In this document: positions 35,008-45,725 of the stretch, piece after piece | Layout of the letters: every line of letters starts with the position of its first letter | Numbering within the stretch: position 1 is the first letter of the stretch | IMG/VR virus record: IMGVR_UViG_3300032312_001042 | Location: 1-53,112 of that record | Strand: one strand, 5' to 3' | Source of the DNA: a virus | Lineage: Duplodnaviria; Caudoviricetes | Length of the DNA: 53,112 bases | Made by a program: the position numbers and the translations under genes | The notes under the pieces: model-generated | What the model saw: the letters and a program-made list of their open reading frames with translations, nothing else | The model's database searches: none | What the model was told of the DNA's origin: nothing

Positions 35008-35628
35008 GTGAATCCAGAAGAAATAAAATCTACGTTAAATAATATATTCTCACCAGATGGATTTATTTTAAATGGCTTTAATGTAAAGTGCAACACGCCG
35101 TTAGATGTAAAAATTGAAAATAAAGATAACAACATACTTATTACATTTAATAACAACACTCCTAAAGCCTCAATTAAAAAATTCATCACACTGTCTGCAA
35201 ATATTGAACAACTATGTTTAGAAAATACTGGCGGTTATATAAAGTTTAAATACTTTCCAGTTATTAGATTTTCATACGACAAAGTTTTTGGTGAGTGCAA
35301 AAATAATATAAACTTAGATCCAATATATTTAGAAATCGAAAATAAGTATGGAAATAAACAAGATCGTGAAGTTGCAAAAATGTGTTTGCACTTTGCGAAC
35401 GAGTGGGTTATAATATGTCAATCGTCTGATCTTGACTTTGCTAGTGCTGATCTTGAGACACGAAAAAAATTAAGAAAAGAATGCTACTCATTTGTAAAAG
35501 AAAACGTACATGAGGAACTGAAGAAAGAGCATGGCTCAATTGTACTAACGTGGGTGCTTGTTTATATAGCACTCCCAATGATGATTAGATGGATCGTTGC
35601 AAGGATTTTAAGTAGATTATATAGTTGA
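35008..35628 (+). CDS. Protein with C-terminal membrane anchor
   Basis: GTG start with AAGG RBS; GSIVLTWVLVYIALPMMIRWIV. Confidence 0.7.
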   Translation: MNPEEIKSTLNNIFSPDGFILNGFNVKCNTPLDVKIENKDNNILITFNNNTPKASIKKFITLSANIEQLCLENTGGYIKFKYFPVIRFSYDKVFGECKNNINLDPIYLEIENKYGNKQDREVAKMCLHFANEWVIICQSSDLDFASADLETRKKLRKECYSFVKENVHEELKKEHGSIVLTWVLVYIALPMMIRWIVARILSRLYS

Positions 35629-35647
35629 ATAGGATATAGGATAAATA

Positions 35648-37888
35648 ATGAATGTAACTAAACGTAATGGAAATATCGAAACATATAATGTTGAAAAAAT
35701 TCACAAGGTTGTCGATTGGGCGATTTGCGGCTTAAATAATGTCTCTCTATCAGAAATAGAAATGAACGCTAATCTATCTCTTAGAGATTGTATTAGCACT
35801 AAAGAGATACATCAAATTCTAATTAAGTCTGCAAATGATCTTACTTCTCCACAAAATCCAAACTACCAATATGTAGCTTCAAGATTATTAAATATGTCTC
35901 TGCGTAAAGACTTGTGGGATAAATATGATTGCCCACCATCTTTATTTGATCATGTTAGCAAAAATATTGAAAGCGAAGTATACGACAATAATCTATTGCA
36001 AAAATGGACAAAGGATGACATAGAAGTAATTGAAAAGTTTATTGATCACAACAGAGATTATTTATTTACATATGCTGGACTACAACAACTAATAGATAAA
36101 TACCTTGTAAAGAATAGGGCTACTGGTAAGATATACGAAACACCACAGTTTGCATACATTTGTATAGCAATGGCCCTTTTTAATTCTATTGATGAAGTGA
36201 AAGAAGCGTATGAGTGTTTTTCAACATTCAAGATCAATCTGCCAACACCAATCATGGCTGGAGTTAGAACTAACATTAAGCAGTTTGCTAGTTGCGTACT
36301 TGTAGATGTTGAGGATAATTTAGCGTCAATATTTTCTAGCGTTCACGCTGTCGGTAAATATACAGCTAGACGAGCGGGAATAGGTTTAAATATTGGTAGA
36401 ATTCGCCCCATCAACTCTAGTATTAGGGGTGGCGAAGTTATACACACTGGATTAATTCCATACCTAAAAATATTTGAGTCAACAGTCAAGGCCACAAGTC
36501 AGAATGGTATTCGTGGCGGCTCTGCAACAGTACACGTTCCATTTTGGCATTATGAAATTGAAGACATTATGGTATTAAAGAACAACGCTGGAACTGACGA
36601 TAATAGAGTTAGAAAACTCGACTACTCCGTACAGTTTAACAAGTTATTCTATGAACGCTTAATTAAAAATGAAGACGTTACTTTATTTAGTCCAGAAGAA
36701 ACTGGCGGTCTTTATAGTTCCATGAATGACAATGAAGACTTTAAAAAGCTATATGAAAAGTATGAGAATAGCCGCTACGTTAAAATGAAAAAGAAGATTA
36801 GTGCTAGAAAGTTAGCAGAAATATTTGCTAAAGAAAGACTAGAAACTGGACGTATATACGTAATGAATATCGACAACGCTAACGAGCATGGTTCTTGGGA
36901 TGCTCCTGTTTATATGAGTAACTTATGTCAGGAAATAATCCATCCAACTAAACCCATTTCATCTATTGATGATGCAGAGGGCGAAATCGGTATTTGCATT
37001 TTGTCTGCACTTAATCTTCTTGAACTACAAACTGATGAGAATATAGAAAGTGCTTGTAGCATGGCGGTTAAAATGCTAGAATCTATTATAGATTATCAAG
37101 ATTATCCCATTTTAGCTGGAGAAAACTTTACGAAGAATCGTAGATCTTTAGGAATTGGAGTAACTAATTTTGCAGCCTTTTTAGCAAAGCATAAGCTTAA
37201 ATACGAAGATGCAGAAACATTAAAACTAGTACACCAAACGATGGAAAAAATTCAATGGTACTTACTAAACGAGTCTTGTAAACTTGCAGAAAAATTAGGG
37301 CCGTGTAATAAATTTTCAGAAACCAAATATTCTCGCGGACTATTGCCCATAGATTGGTACAAAAAAACAGTTGACGAATTAGTGTCTCCAGACTATACTA
37401 TGGATTGGGAGGGGCTTAGAGAAAGAATTAAAAAGTTTGGCCTGCGTCACTCCACCCTGACTGCTATCATGCCTTGTGAGTCATCCAGTGTCATCCAGAA
37501 CAGCACAAACGGCATTGAGCCAGTAAGAAGCTTAATGTCGTATAAAAAGGCAAAGAACGGAATATTGAAACAGTTAGTACCCAATTATTCTAGTCGTAAA
37601 AACTATTACACGCTAGCTTGGGATATGAAAGATAATAAAGCAATACTTAATATTTGCGCAATTTTACAGAAGTTTGTAGATATGAGTATTAGCGTTAATT
37701 TGTATTATAATTATGCACATTATTCAGAAGGAAATATCCCATTGAGTGTATTAATTAAAGACCAGTTGTACGGTTTTAAATATGGCGTCAAGAATTTTTA
37801 TTACTGTAACACTCCAGACTCTGACGGTGATACAGAAAAAGATATGCATAAAAAAGAAACTTGTGAAGGAGGTTCATGCGCTATATGA
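35648..37888 (+). CDS. nrdA: Class Ia ribonucleotide reductase alpha
   Basis: ATP cone (VTKRNG), PTPIMAG, QFASCVL, SNLCQEI, YY, C-terminal CEGGSC; uninterrupted. Confidence 0.97.
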   Translation: MNVTKRNGNIETYNVEKIHKVVDWAICGLNNVSLSEIEMNANLSLRDCISTKEIHQILIKSANDLTSPQNPNYQYVASRLLNMSLRKDLWDKYDCPPSLFDHVSKNIESEVYDNNLLQKWTKDDIEVIEKFIDHNRDYLFTYAGLQQLIDKYLVKNRATGKIYETPQFAYICIAMALFNSIDEVKEAYECFSTFKINLPTPIMAGVRTNIKQFASCVLVDVEDNLASIFSSVHAVGKYTARRAGIGLNIGRIRPINSSIRGGEVIHTGLIPYLKIFESTVKATSQNGIRGGSATVHVPFWHYEIEDIMVLKNNAGTDDNRVRKLDYSVQFNKLFYERLIKNEDVTLFSPEETGGLYSSMNDNEDFKKLYEKYENSRYVKMKKKISARKLAEIFAKERLETGRIYVMNIDNANEHGSWDAPVYMSNLCQEIIHPTKPISSIDDAEGEIGICILSALNLLELQTDENIESACSMAVKMLESIIDYQDYPILAGENFTKNRRSLGIGVTNFAAFLAKHKLKYEDAETLKLVHQTMEKIQWYLLNESCKLAEKLGPCNKFSETKYSRGLLPIDWYKKTVDELVSPDYTMDWEGLRERIKKFGLRHSTLTAIMPCESSSVIQNSTNGIEPVRSLMSYKKAKNGILKQLVPNYSSRKNYYTLAWDMKDNKAILNICAILQKFVDMSISVNLYYNYAHYSEGNIPLSVLIKDQLYGFKYGVKNFYYCNTPDSDGDTEKDMHKKETCEGGSCAI

Positions 37889-38964
37889 AAACAATACTAA
37901 ATAAAAAAAATGTAGATTATACATCACAGCCATTGTTTATGGGTGAAGACCTTTCACTACAAAGATATGACAGGTTCAAATATCCAGTATTCTTTGATCT
38001 TTATAAGAAGCAGCTTGAGTTCTTTTGGAGGCCAGAAGAAATTGAACTTAAAAAAGATCGCAACGATTTTAAAAATGACGATATAATGAGTCCAAATGAG
38101 AAGTTTATTTTTACTTCTAATCTATTATATCAAACAGCTTTGGATAGCGTTATCTGTCGCGGAGTACCAACACTGCTACAACATGTATCTAATCCAGAAC
38201 TAGAAGCTTGCATGAACGTTTGGCAGTTTTTTGAGCAAATTCATAGTTATAGTTATACATATATCATTAAGAATGTATACAGTAATCCTACAGAAGTATT
38301 AGATAGCTGCCTAACAAATGAAGAGATATTAAAGAGGTCAGAGGTAGCGGTCAGAGAATACAACTCACTTAGAAATATTGGGCATTCAGGTAAAAAAAAT
38401 GACATTAAAAAACAAATCTATCTTACGCTAATAAGTGTAAATATATTAGAAGCAATAAGATTTTATGTGTCATTTATATGCGCATTTGCTTTTGCTGAAA
38501 ATAAGAAAATGATAGGTAATGCAGATATAATAAAACTAATAAAGCGTGATGAGGCATTACATTTGTATAATACTCAAGAAATAATTAAGATACTAAGAAC
38601 AGTACCAGAAGAAGGTTTTGTAGACATCGCAAAAGATTGCGAAGAAGAAGCTTGCAACATGTTTGATTCTGCCGCCAGTGAAGAAAAGGCGTGGGCAGCA
38701 TACTTATTTAAAGATGGATCTATAATAGGGTTGAATGAAAAAGTTTTGTGCGAATATGTAGATTGGCTATGTATGAGCAGGCGTAAGAATATAGGATTAC
38801 CATATGAAAAGGGTAAGAAGAATCCTATATCTGGCTGGACTGACCCTTGGATGAATAGCGAAGCTGTACAGGTAGCACCACAAGAGCATGAGATAACATC
38901 ATACAAAATTGGTGCAAGTACAAACGATCTTGAACAAATTGACCTTGGAGAATTTTCACTATGA
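37885..38964 (+). CDS. nrdB: Class Ia ribonucleotide reductase beta
   Basis: FFWRPEE, EQIHSYSY, LEAIRFYVSF, RDEALH, APQE. Confidence 0.97.
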   Translation: MKTILNKKNVDYTSQPLFMGEDLSLQRYDRFKYPVFFDLYKKQLEFFWRPEEIELKKDRNDFKNDDIMSPNEKFIFTSNLLYQTALDSVICRGVPTLLQHVSNPELEACMNVWQFFEQIHSYSYTYIIKNVYSNPTEVLDSCLTNEEILKRSEVAVREYNSLRNIGHSGKKNDIKKQIYLTLISVNILEAIRFYVSFICAFAFAENKKMIGNADIIKLIKRDEALHLYNTQEIIKILRTVPEEGFVDIAKDCEEEACNMFDSAASEEKAWAAYLFKDGSIIGLNEKVLCEYVDWLCMSRRKNIGLPYEKGKKNPISGWTDPWMNSEAVQVAPQEHEITSYKIGASTNDLEQIDLGEFSL

Positions 38965-39389
38965 AATATTCTATTAAAGTAACACCAGTAGATGTGCTAG
39001 CACAAGTTCCAACAAAGGCTCATCATAATGATGCTGGTTTTGATTTATATTCTACAGTTGATATCGTAATCGAACCAAAACAAAGAAAGACCGTTAGTAC
39101 TGGGATAACACTACAAATGCCAGACAATTTAGCTGGTTTAATATGGCCAAGATCTGGCCTATCTGTTAAACAGGGCATAGATGTTTTAGCTGGAGTAGTA
39201 GATAGTGGCTATAGGGGAGAGATAATGGTATGTCTATATAATACATCAGATAATGATGTGGTTATACGTACCGGGGATAGAGTCGCACAGATTATATTCC
39301 AAGAGGTTCCTCATGTAATTATGGAGGTCCATGAATCGTTAGGTTCCTCGCAACGCGGGAGTAACGGCTTTGGCAGCACAGGCACATAA
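38961..39389 (+). CDS. dut: Trimeric dUTPase
   Basis: AGFDL, PRSGL, GVVDSGYRGE, GDRVAQ, RGSNGFGSTG. Confidence 0.97.
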   Translation: MKYSIKVTPVDVLAQVPTKAHHNDAGFDLYSTVDIVIEPKQRKTVSTGITLQMPDNLAGLIWPRSGLSVKQGIDVLAGVVDSGYRGEIMVCLYNTSDNDVVIRTGDRVAQIIFQEVPHVIMEVHESLGSSQRGSNGFGSTGT

Positions 39390-40047
39390 CAACAGAAAAA
39401 AACGTCAAGAAGAAAAAAAACCTAAACAAAACAATCTGGAAGCCAAGACAGAGAACCAAAAAAAATATATAAGACTAATTGTAGAAAATGATATTATTTT
39501 TTGTTCAGGCCCGTCTGGAAGTGGCAAGTCATTTATTGCTGCTGGATTAGCAGCACAAAAATTACTTAAAGATGAAATAGATACACTAATTATTACTAGA
39601 CCGCTAGTATGCACTGGTAAAGATATAGGTTCATTACCTGGAGAATTAGGAGATAAAATCAAACCATATTTACAGCCTATGGAAGAGAATTTAAAATACT
39701 TTCTAGGAAGAGATAAGTTTGGTTTATATTTTAATCAACGTAGAATTAGGTTTGAGCCACTAGAAACAATGAGAGGCTCTACATTTCATAATGCATTTAT
39801 GATATTAGACGAAGCTCAAAATTGCACACTAGAACAAATAAAAATGTTTATTACAAGAATGGGTCAAGATTCTAAAGTAATAATTAATGGAGATATTAAA
39901 CAAACAGATTTATATAGAGATAGCGGACTAGATTTCTGTATAGATAGATTATCTCAAGTTCACGGTGTAGGTATATGCAAATTGGACTATAATGATATAC
40001 AGAGAAATGGAATACTAGGAGCTGTTTTATACGCCTTGGAGAAATAA
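39370..40047 (+). CDS. phoH: PhoH-family ATPase
   Basis: GPSGSGKS, TRP, LPG, MRG, LDEAQN, TRMG, GDIKQ. Confidence 0.95.
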   Translation: MAAQAHNNRKKRQEEKKPKQNNLEAKTENQKKYIRLIVENDIIFCSGPSGSGKSFIAAGLAAQKLLKDEIDTLIITRPLVCTGKDIGSLPGELGDKIKPYLQPMEENLKYFLGRDKFGLYFNQRRIRFEPLETMRGSTFHNAFMILDEAQNCTLEQIKMFITRMGQDSKVIINGDIKQTDLYRDSGLDFCIDRLSQVHGVGICKLDYNDIQRNGILGAVLYALEK

Positions 40048-40382
40048 TGTTATACGATTATAAATGTCAAGAATGTGGATATTTTATGGAAGATGTTTAT
40101 CAATCTATAAAAGCTGAAGCCTTAAAAAAATGCCCATCATGTAACAAAGATTGCCTGTCTAGGGTAGTATATGGTGGGCTAGGCTCATTCGTTAAGGACT
40201 TAAGGACCGTTGGACAAATTGCTGATAGAAATTGGAAGACAATGGGTTCCTATAAGCGTTCTGAGATTGAAAACAAAAATAAAGACTTGTCAGAAAGCAA
40301 TAAAAAGAGTAAGCTTATTAGAGAAATTAATAAGATGACAACTGAGCAGAAAAAAAACTTTATCATAAAGGGTGAAAAATGA
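40047..40382 (+). CDS. FmdB-type zinc-ribbon protein
   Basis: YDYKCQECG...CPSC. Confidence 0.8.
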   Translation: MLYDYKCQECGYFMEDVYQSIKAEALKKCPSCNKDCLSRVVYGGLGSFVKDLRTVGQIADRNWKTMGSYKRSEIENKNKDLSESNKKSKLIREINKMTTEQKKNFIIKGEK

Positions 40383-40702
40383 AATTTATTAACGCATACA
40401 ATAAAGATGACTTCAAAGAAGATATAACTACAGTCCATTATGACAAACTGGGTCAAGTTACCAACAATGAAGAAGAATCATTTGCCAAAACCGTTTCTAC
40501 AAATGGTAATGAAAAATATTTTGTTACAACATTTAGAAATATTATTTATGATCCATATGGTATAGATTCTCATAGGGAAAATTATTTAGAACTACAAACT
40601 AAAGACGTTGCTAAAAAAACATTTGACCTATACGTTTTATATTTGCGGACAAGAAATGGTATATACTTAAGTAAATCGCAAAGGAGTTTTATAAATGGTT
40701 AA
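40379..40702 (+). CDS. Hypothetical protein
   Basis: ATGA coupling; YDPYG motif. Confidence 0.7.
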   Translation: MKFINAYNKDDFKEDITTVHYDKLGQVTNNEEESFAKTVSTNGNEKYFVTTFRNIIYDPYGIDSHRENYLELQTKDVAKKTFDLYVLYLRTRNGIYLSKSQRSFING

Positions 40703-40991
40703 AAAGGGTCCACTTGGTAAAGTTGAAATATTTTACCTAGAGAAGAATATAGAGCTAGGCTTGAGTCTAGATCAAATTGCTGTTGACTTAAATAGAAATC
40801 TAAGTACAATTAAGAATTACATAGATAAACACTATACTAAGCCAAGTAATAGTAATCCTTTTAACGTTGGTAGTCAGTTTATAAGCCAAAATGGCGCAAC
40901 AATAATGACAGAAAACGCATCGGCTTTGTCTGATAGCACAAAGAAATTAAGTCGCAAGCAGTCTCCATGTACTACCAAGATAAAGAGATGA
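40695..40991 (+). CDS. HTH-containing hypothetical protein
   Basis: LSLDQIAVDLNRNLSTIKNYI; AAGGAG RBS. Confidence 0.65.
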   Translation: MVKKGPLGKVEIFYLEKNIELGLSLDQIAVDLNRNLSTIKNYIDKHYTKPSNSNPFNVGSQFISQNGATIMTENASALSDSTKKLSRKQSPCTTKIKR

Positions 40992-41425
40992 AACAGTTTA
41001 TACATACTTATAGTGATTGGCTGACAGAGTATAAAAAAAATAAGACTTTAACTTGGTTTAAAGTTACTCTTTCTGACAAATTAGATTACTATTTTAATCA
41101 GTACGAAGATTGGTTTGATATAAAAAAGATTTGTCAATCTTGTAAACTAAATATCATTTCTATAGGCTTACAGTATAAATCAAATTCATGTAATATTGAT
41201 ACTATAGATGCGGATGGAGTATACTTAATACGTTCAGCGCTTGGTGCCATTGGTGAAGCAACCAAGCAAACTATAACTATAGGTAAATTGCATAATAGCA
41301 TAGTATATAAAACTATGTGGGTTGTTCCAGAGTTGGTTGAACAATTAAATGATCAAGATAAAGTTGAAAACTGTTTTGAAGAAGCAATCATTTACAATGA
41401 CAAACAAAAAACCGAGACTGTTTAA
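40988..41425 (+). CDS. Hypothetical protein
   Basis: ATGA coupling. Confidence 0.7.
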   Translation: MKQFIHTYSDWLTEYKKNKTLTWFKVTLSDKLDYYFNQYEDWFDIKKICQSCKLNIISIGLQYKSNSCNIDTIDADGVYLIRSALGAIGEATKQTITIGKLHNSIVYKTMWVVPELVEQLNDQDKVENCFEEAIIYNDKQKTETV

Positions 41426-41930
41426 CAAAGAGTTCCAAAAAGAATGGTCTGAAGAGTACAGTTATAAGCACATTCACACTGGTGAATATTGTACATTTGA
41501 GGCATACTTAGCAGAATTTTTGATATTGAGATGGACAGAAGCTTTTAAGATGGACAAACCATCTTATAAATTCTGGACAATTGGAGACAAATATCATGAT
41601 ATGTTCATGAGAAATATGAAAGCTGCTAATTCTCTAAAAAAGAAGTTTGAAGAAAAATTAATTCTAGAAGCAGTTAAGTCTAAACACTTTGATAAAATTT
41701 ATCACATAGGCTTGAAATGCTATGGTCCTCGCGGATGGAAGTATAATCAGTTAGCCGTTAAGGCTATAGAGAACTATAAAAAGGAAATCAAAGCGGCCAA
41801 TAAATCTAAAGAGATAGAGAAGACTGCAAATGAAATAGATATAGTTCAAAACATAGAAGACACTAGGACTAGGCGTACTCAATCTATCATCAAAACAAAA
41901 TCAATGATAAACAAACTGAGGGATTTATGA
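41397..41930 (+). CDS. Hypothetical protein
   Basis: ORF preceding recA; start uncertain (41349 or 41397). Confidence 0.7.
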   Translation: MTNKKPRLFNKEFQKEWSEEYSYKHIHTGEYCTFEAYLAEFLILRWTEAFKMDKPSYKFWTIGDKYHDMFMRNMKAANSLKKKFEEKLILEAVKSKHFDKIYHIGLKCYGPRGWKYNQLAVKAIENYKKEIKAANKSKEIEKTANEIDIVQNIEDTRTRRTQSIIKTKSMINKLRDL

Positions 41931-43036
41931 AAAAGAAAAAGGACGGATCATCAAGTAAGTTTTCGGAAGATGCAATAACTAGCTCAATACTAAGCAAGTA
42001 CGGTGACATTGTACGCAGTGGCACTGAGGTATTAGAGTCAATCAATAACTTAAAGGTTATTAGTATTTCTCCAGCATTAGATATAGCACTAGGTGGAGGA
42101 TTAAGAGAAGGCTCTGTTGTTGTTATGACGGGAGATCCTAAGAGTGGTAAAACCACTACAGCATTGCATTTCGCCGCCAAGTGTCAAAAGCAAAATAAAA
42201 AAATAGTATATGTCAATACTGAAGGTAGATTATCTAAACAAAACTTTGAGGGCATCAAGGGCTTAGATTCTGATAAAATACTTATAGTAGAATCAACTGA
42301 TGATAGAATTCTAACTGCGGAAGATTTTCTAAACATAGTAGAATATTATATTAATAATGATCCCGGCTGTGTTATTATTACCGACTCATTATCAAATATG
42401 GTTCCCGCCTGTGAACTAGAAGGAGAAGTAAGAACTGGAGTGCGAAACGCTTTACCAAGATTACTTTCCATGTTCTTTAAAAGAATTAGTGGCACGTTAA
42501 TGAAAAATCAAACCATCCTTATTTGTATCACACACAACATAGCAAATACTGGTGGATCGCCATATGCGCCAGCAAAGATGGCAGACTGTGGCAACATGTT
42601 ACAATATCAAGCCGGAACTAATATGGTTATTACTCATAGGGGTAAGTGGCAAGTACCCAAAGATACTGGGCCACACGTTGGTCAAATAGCTAACTGGAAT
42701 ATAAAAACTTCTTGCTCTGGAGGTAAACCTAATAGCACAGCAGAAAGTTGGATAAGATACGGGATTGGTGTGGACGAGGTACAAGAAATAACGCAAATAG
42801 CTTGTGAGTTTAGGTTAATCAAAACTTCTGGAGCTTGGTATACAATACAATGCGCAGTAGACAACAAAGACAATGAAGTTGTGCAAAACTTATTAAAGTC
42901 TAATAATGTTCAAGATACTCCAGAAGACATAGAAAAATTCTTTAAGTTTCAAGGTTCAAATAATCTATATGAATTCTTAACAAACAATGAATCTCTAGCA
43001 AATTTTGTATACGAAAAGATAAAGGAACTTTATTAA
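41927..43036 (+). CDS. recA: RecA/UvsX-like recombinase
   Basis: LDIALGGG, GDPKSGKTT, NTEGR, TDSL, SGAWY, KFQG. Confidence 0.9.
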   Translation: MKKKKDGSSSKFSEDAITSSILSKYGDIVRSGTEVLESINNLKVISISPALDIALGGGLREGSVVVMTGDPKSGKTTTALHFAAKCQKQNKKIVYVNTEGRLSKQNFEGIKGLDSDKILIVESTDDRILTAEDFLNIVEYYINNDPGCVIITDSLSNMVPACELEGEVRTGVRNALPRLLSMFFKRISGTLMKNQTILICITHNIANTGGSPYAPAKMADCGNMLQYQAGTNMVITHRGKWQVPKDTGPHVGQIANWNIKTSCSGGKPNSTAESWIRYGIGVDEVQEITQIACEFRLIKTSGAWYTIQCAVDNKDNEVVQNLLKSNNVQDTPEDIEKFFKFQGSNNLYEFLTNNESLANFVYEKIKELY

Positions 43037-43458
43037 TGAAGGTAACTGGCTTAAACGGCAAAGTGTATTCTTGGAATTTAAGTGGATATGATATCAAATT
43101 TGATGATAATAGAAAAAGGTCTAAGTATCACTTAAGAGCTAGAAGCTTGCTAAAAGAAATATATCATAGTTACAGAATACTAGAAGAAGTAAAATTACCT
43201 GGGAGTACAGCTAGTCATAGAAAAGGTGTGCTATATCTAGACTTTTATATACCACAGATTATGAAAGCCATAGAAGTTCATGGTCAACAACACTATGAAT
43301 TCTGTAATTTTTTTCACAAAAATTTAGCTCATTTTACACTTGCAAAAGCCAAAGATGAGGATAAAATAGAGTGGTGCGCCCTGAATAATATAGATATAGT
43401 TGTATTAAAATACTCACACACGGATGAAGAGTGGAGACATCAAATTGAAAACAGCTAA
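43036..43458 (+). CDS. Vsr/DUF559-like PD-(D/E)XK endonuclease
   Basis: LYLDFYIP, AIEVHGQQHY, DEDKIEWC. Confidence 0.75.
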   Translation: MKVTGLNGKVYSWNLSGYDIKFDDNRKRSKYHLRARSLLKEIYHSYRILEEVKLPGSTASHRKGVLYLDFYIPQIMKAIEVHGQQHYEFCNFFHKNLAHFTLAKAKDEDKIEWCALNNIDIVVLKYSHTDEEWRHQIENS

Positions 43459-43906
43459 AGAAACTGTTGAGCATTTTCTAAAGTCTTTAGATGATTTTAT
43501 ACATCAGACAAATACTAATTTTGCTCACTTTAGAGAAGAATTTCTAATAGTGTCTGACTTGTCTGATGAGCAACTAAGGAAGTTAACAAAAGAAGAATTG
43601 TTTGATGCATCCTATATGTTATATAGTTATGCTTCATACATACAAGATCAAATAAATAAACAGAAGGTAGTTTATGATCTATGTACAGACCAACTAGAAA
43701 AACTAGTGGCGCAACATAGTGAAGAATTTAGCAAGTATACTAAGCACGAAGCAAAGATACAGCTAGTAATAAATGAAAATGAGTATGCCAAATCTATAGA
43801 TAATTATCGGAGTATAGCACACGCTAGATTACAAAGTCTTGATGGCAAGGTATATGAATTGAAACGTAAGGCAGATATACTATTAGAAAAGGGTAAGAGG
43901 TCATGA
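43424..43906 (+). CDS. Helical hypothetical protein (possible recombination mediator)
   Basis: Coiled-coil-like; sits between recA and dnaB; function inferred from context only. Confidence 0.55.
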   Translation: MKSGDIKLKTAKETVEHFLKSLDDFIHQTNTNFAHFREEFLIVSDLSDEQLRKLTKEELFDASYMLYSYASYIQDQINKQKVVYDLCTDQLEKLVAQHSEEFSKYTKHEAKIQLVINENEYAKSIDNYRSIAHARLQSLDGKVYELKRKADILLEKGKRS

Positions 43907-44262
43907 ATATAGATAAGTTTATAGAAACGCTAAGTCCAGAGCAAATAGAATCGTTGAAGTCTGCGTTACTTAAGACACAACAAAAAGAAGAATTAGTAGA
44001 AGACAATAAGAATGATTTTCGTATGAATAAATCTATAGATAACAAGAACAAGAGAAAAGAACAAGTAAAGGCTAAAGAGAATACCTGGGTAGACACTGGC
44101 GAAAAAAGAGATATTACCACACCAGAATTTACCCCAGTAGCAAGAACTAGAGAGGCTCCAGAAAAAATTAAAATTAAGTGCCACATATGTGGCAGAACAA
44201 CTGAAGTAGATAGTAGATTTGTTTGTGGCGAATTTTATAGATGCAATAACTGCACGGGGTAA
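43903..44262 (+). CDS. Hypothetical protein with C-terminal Zn ribbon
   Basis: CHICG...CNNC. Confidence 0.7.
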   Translation: MNIDKFIETLSPEQIESLKSALLKTQQKEELVEDNKNDFRMNKSIDNKNKRKEQVKAKENTWVDTGEKRDITTPEFTPVARTREAPEKIKIKCHICGRTTEVDSRFVCGEFYRCNNCTG

Positions 44263-44264
44263 AA

Positions 44265-45725
44265 ATGGCAAAACTAAATGATATTGGGGCAGAAAGAGCA
44301 GTCTTAGCTGGTATACTTCAACACGGAATTGATGGATACGTTACCGTATCTGATTTAATATCTGTAGACACGTTTGATCATACCAATAATCAAATTATAT
44401 ATAGGTGCCTAGAGCATATTATAACTAACGATCAAAAAATAGATATACCTTCTATCTTCGCTTCGGCAAAGTATCTAGGACTAGAAGACGCAATAAACAC
44501 AGAGCAAGAATTAAAGTATATCAAATCATTAATGGTATTTCCAATTAATGTAGATAACATACTACCATTTGCTGCACAAATTAAAAAGTTTGAATTTGCT
44601 AGAAAGATACATAAACTAACTCAAAAGATACATCAAGATATAGAAAAGATAGATGGAACAGAAAAAATTTCAGATATAATAAGTATATTGGAAAGTCCAG
44701 TTACTGATTTCCTAAGAGAAGATGAAGGTGGAGAACATCCAGAAAAGATAGGAAATAAAATAAATGATTACATTGAATTCTTAGCTGAGAACAAGTGTGA
44801 CATTATAGGTATACCAACAGGATTCCAAAAGTACGATGAGGCTATAGGTGGCGGTCTTAGAAGAAAGTGTGTAGATTTAGTATCAGCTAGACCAAAGGTT
44901 GGAAAATCCGTTTTTGCTGATAATGTTGCACTAAATGTTTCATCTAAGAATATACCTGTTCTTGTATTAGACACAGAAATGTCTAAAGAAGATCACTTGA
45001 ATAGACTTATAGCAAACTTGAGTGGCGTCCCAATCAATGAAGTAGCTACTGGTAAATTTGTTGATAGCAAGGAGAAGCATAATAGTGTACAGGAAGCTGT
45101 ACAAAAACTGTCATCTATACCATACAGCTATATTAGCGTAGCGGGAAAACCATTTGAGCAAATACTCAATTTAATTAAAAGGTGGGTAGCTCAAGAAGTT
45201 AAAACAAATGAATATGGACAAACCAATGAGTGTCTAATAATATATGATTATTTAAAGCTGATGTCTTCTGAGTCAATTAATAATCATATGCAAGAATATC
45301 AAGCGCTAGGATTTCAAATTACCTCACTGCACAACCTATGCGTTAAACTTGATATACCATGCCTATCGTTTGTTCAGTTGAATCGTGATGGCATCACAAA
45401 AGAAAGCACAGACGCTGTAAGCGGATCAGATAGATTAATATGGCTATGTACATCCTTTAGCATATTCAAGATCAAATCTCCAGAAGAACTTGCAGAAGAC
45501 GGTCCAAAAGCAGGGAATAGAAAACTTGTTACAGTTGTGACTCGTCACGGTGCTGGATTAAACGACGGCGACTACATAAATATGCAGATGGATGGATCAC
45601 ACGCAAAGCTAATAGAGTTAAAAACAAGAAATGAATTCAAAAACCAGCCCGTTGGAGATGCTGGGCTAGTTGATAAAGACAAAATGAAGAAGATAATAAA
45701 TGAACTTGCAGAATCTGAAGTCTGA
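44265..45725 (+). CDS. dnaB: Replicative DNA helicase
   Basis: AERAVL, GIPTGF, ARPKVGKS, DTEMS, YDYLKL, VQLNR. Confidence 0.95.
   Translation: MAKLNDIGAERAVLAGILQHGIDGYVTVSDLISVDTFDHTNNQIIYRCLEHIITNDQKIDIPSIFASAKYLGLEDAINTEQELKYIKSLMVFPINVDNILPFAAQIKKFEFARKIHKLTQKIHQDIEKIDGTEKISDIISILESPVTDFLREDEGGEHPEKIGNKINDYIEFLAENKCDIIGIPTGFQKYDEAIGGGLRRKCVDLVSARPKVGKSVFADNVALNVSSKNIPVLVLDTEMSKEDHLNRLIANLSGVPINEVATGKFVDSKEKHNSVQEAVQKLSSIPYSYISVAGKPFEQILNLIKRWVAQEVKTNEYGQTNECLIIYDYLKLMSSESINNHMQEYQALGFQITSLHNLCVKLDIPCLSFVQLNRDGITKESTDAVSGSDRLIWLCTSFSIFKIKSPEELAEDGPKAGNRKLVTVVTRHGAGLNDGDYINMQMDGSHAKLIELKTRNEFKNQPVGDAGLVDKDKMKKIINELAESEV

Noticed and set aside
35648-38964. Intein or intron in nrdA/nrdB
   Set aside because: Lengths and motif spacing are those of uninterrupted class Ia subunits.
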